The translations under genes and the position numbers were made by a program. Under the pieces are notes generated by a model. The model had not been told where the DNA came from. It was given only the letters and a program-made list of their open reading frames with translations, and searched no databases. A stretch of 64,000 nt of DNA from the NCBI RefSeq assembly GCF_964194155.1, contig NC_135884.1, forward strand, positions 60,636,001 through 60,700,000, written 5' to 3'. Below, piece after piece: positions 61,646 to 64,000 of the stretch. Numbering within the stretch: position 1 is the stretch's first letter; each line of letters starts with the position of its first letter. The stretch is from Cetorhinus maximus. Taxonomy: Eukaryota.

Positions 61646-64000
61646 TATCAATCCACTACTCAAAACTTTAATGAGAATAAAACCAACTGAGCACCTAGGC
61701 ACCAGACAAGAGAAAAGCATGCCGAGCCTAATCCACCTGCTCAATCCTCCTCACTAACATCTGGGGCCTTGTGCCAAAATTGGGAGAGCTATCCCACAGA
61801 CTAGTCAAGCAACAGCCTGACACTTTTATCCTCACAGAATCATATCTTACGGCCAATGTCTCAGACTCCTCCATCACCATTTCTGGGTAAGTCCTGTCCC
61901 ACTGGCAAGACAAACCCAACAGAGGTGGTGGCACAGTGGGATAGAGTCAGGAGGGAGTTGCCTTGAGTGATGTCAGCTTTGACTCAAGACCTCATGAATT
62001 CTCATATGGCATTAGGTCAAACATCAGCAAGGAAACTTGAGAACTGCAAACGTTACGCCCTTGTTCAAAAAAGGTTGTAAGGATAAGCTCAGCAATTATA
62101 GGCCAATCAGTTTAACTTCAGTGGCGGGGGAGCTTCCAGAGAAAATTATTCGGGATATAATTAGTAGTCACATGGAAAAATGTAGGTTGATTAGGAAGAG
62201 CCAGCATGGATTTATAAAGGGGGAATCATGTTTAACTAACTTGCTGGAGTTTTTTGAAGAGGTAACATAGAGGGATGATGAAGGTAATGCTCTTGACATG
62301 GTGTACATGGACTTTCAAAAGACATTCGATGCTGTGCCGCACAACAGACTTGTGAGAAAAGTTATAGCTCTTGGAATGGTAATGGTCAGTGGATATTCTT
62401 TGGGCTGGAGGAAGGTTTGTAGTGGAGTTCCCAGAGGTCAATATTAGGACCCTTGCTTTTCCTGATATGTATTAATGATCTTGATCTTGCTGTGCTGGGG
62501 ACAATTTCAAAGTTTGCAGATGATAAAAAACTTCGAAGCATTATAAATTGTGAGGAGGACACTATAGAATTTCAGAATGACATAGACAAGTTGGTGGTGT
62601 GGACAGATAGGTGGCAGATGATGCTCAATGCAGAGAAGTGTGAGGTGATGTATTTTGGTAGGAGAACATGGAAAGACAATATAAAATTAGGGGTACAATT
62701 CTTAAGGGTGTGCAGGAGCATAGAGACCTCAGTGTATATTTGCATTGATCATTGAAAGTGGCAGAACAGGTGAAGAGAGCAGTTAATAAAGCATACAGTA
62801 TCCTGGGCTTTATTAATAGGGGCATAGAGCAGGGAGGTTATGCTGAGTTTAGATAAGACACTAGTTAGACCTCATCTGGATTATTATGTACAGTTCTGGG
62901 CACCACACTATAGGAAGGGTGTGATCGCATTAGGGAGAGCGCAGAAGAGGTTTACAAGAATGATTCCAAGGCTGAGAAACTTGAGTTATGAAGATATATT
63001 GGAGAGGTTGGGACTGTTCTCCTTGGAGAGGAGAAGGCTAAGAGGAGATTTGATAGAGGCGTTCAAAATCATGAGGGGGCTAGATAGAGTAGATAGGGAG
63101 AAATCATTCCTGCTTGTCAAGAACTAGAGGGCACAGATTTAAAGTGATTCGCAAAAGAAGCAAATGTGACTTGATAAAAAAGCTTTTTCACACAGCAAGT
63201 GGTTCGGGTCTGGAATGCACTGCCTGGAAGTGTGGTGGAGGCAGGTTCATTCAAGGCAGTCAAGAGAGCAATAGATGATTATTTGAATAGAAACAATTTG
63301 CAAGGATACGGGGTAAAATCAGGAGAATAGCATTAAGTCATGATGCTCATTTGGAGAGCTGATGCAGACACGATGGACCGAATGGCCTTCTCCTGAACCA
63401 TAACAATCCTGTGATTCTGTGAAACCGCCTGCTGATTGCCACATATGCCCTGCCTCAGCTGATGAATCAGTGCTTCTCCATGTTGAACACCATTTGGAAG
63501 AAGCACTGAGGGTAGCAAAGGCACAGAATGTATAGTTGGTTGGGAACTTCAATGCCCATCATAAAATGTGTATCAGTAGCACCACTACTGACCGAGCTGG
63601 CCGAGTCCCGAAGGATATATCTGCTAGACTGGGCCTGCGGCAGGTAGTGAGGGAACCAACAAGGAGAGACCTACTTGACCTCATCCTCACCAATCCACCT
63701 GTCACAGATGAGTCTGTCCATGGCAGTATTGCTTGGAATCCTTGTGTAGGTAAAGTCCCATCTTCACACTAAGGGCACTCCATTGTGACTCTATCACCAT
63801 GCTAAGTGGAATAGATTCAGGGCAGATATCAAGGCTGTAAACTTCAGTGAGGTGTTGTGGGCCATCAGGAGCAGCGGAAGTGTATTCTACCACAATCTGT
63901 AACCATAAGGCTTGGCATATCCCTCACTCTACCTTTACCATCAAGCAAGGGATCAATTAATCAGTGAGGAGTGTAGAAGAGCAGGAACATCACCAAATGT
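61646..64000 (+). mobile_element. LINE family B endonuclease region, interrupted by a CR1 at 62037-63420, runs off window
   Basis: LLTNIWGLVPKLGELSHRLVKQQPDTFILTESYL..RGGG before the insert; ADESVLLHVEHHLEEALR..GNFNAHH..EPTR..LLDLILTN after it. Confidence 0.9.
62037..63420 (+). mobile_element. 5'-truncated CR1 LINE (family A), RT and 3' tail
   Basis: NYRPISLTS..QHGF..SCLTNLLEFFE; SKFADD; LVRPHLDYYVQFW; GAAAC direct repeats at 62032-62036 and 63421-63425. Confidence 0.95.

Noticed and set aside
1-64000. Most short ORFs in the track as host genes
   Set aside because: No recognisable domains, many start at TTG/GTG, and many are antisense or alternate frames of transposons; the DNA is vertebrate, so prokaryote-style ORF calls do not apply

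Overview
Eukaryotic, gene-poor, repeat-dense DNA. The repeat families (elasmobranch HER1/HE1-type CR1 tails, Deu-domain SacSINE1-like SINEs) point to a cartilaginous fish, probably a shark; this is inferred from recalled repeat consensus, not a database search. No host protein-coding gene, rRNA, tRNA or CRISPR array can be supported, and most listed ORFs are spurious or transposon fragments. Content: many vertebrate-type CR1 LINE fragments (family A), a second CR1/Zenon-like LINE family (family B), Penelope-like elements (RT + GIY-YIG) with minimal hammerhead-ribozyme motifs, an internally deleted Gypsy-type LTR element, at least two two-gene Harbinger transposons (DDE transposase + Myb/SANT), SINEs, MITE-like hairpins and unique CNE-like blocks. 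Most notable: (i) a ~520-bp element with ~120-bp inverted termini each holding an outward-facing hammerhead motif (42676-43194); (ii) a TIR/TSD-bounded Harbinger whose transposase core has been moved downstream of its own C-terminus between 14-bp direct repeats; (iii) a LINE whose 5' end is a tRNA-derived SINE; (iv) a 90-bp TSD-flanked insertion made only of the Penelope ribozyme tail. Boundaries of old repeats are approximate.
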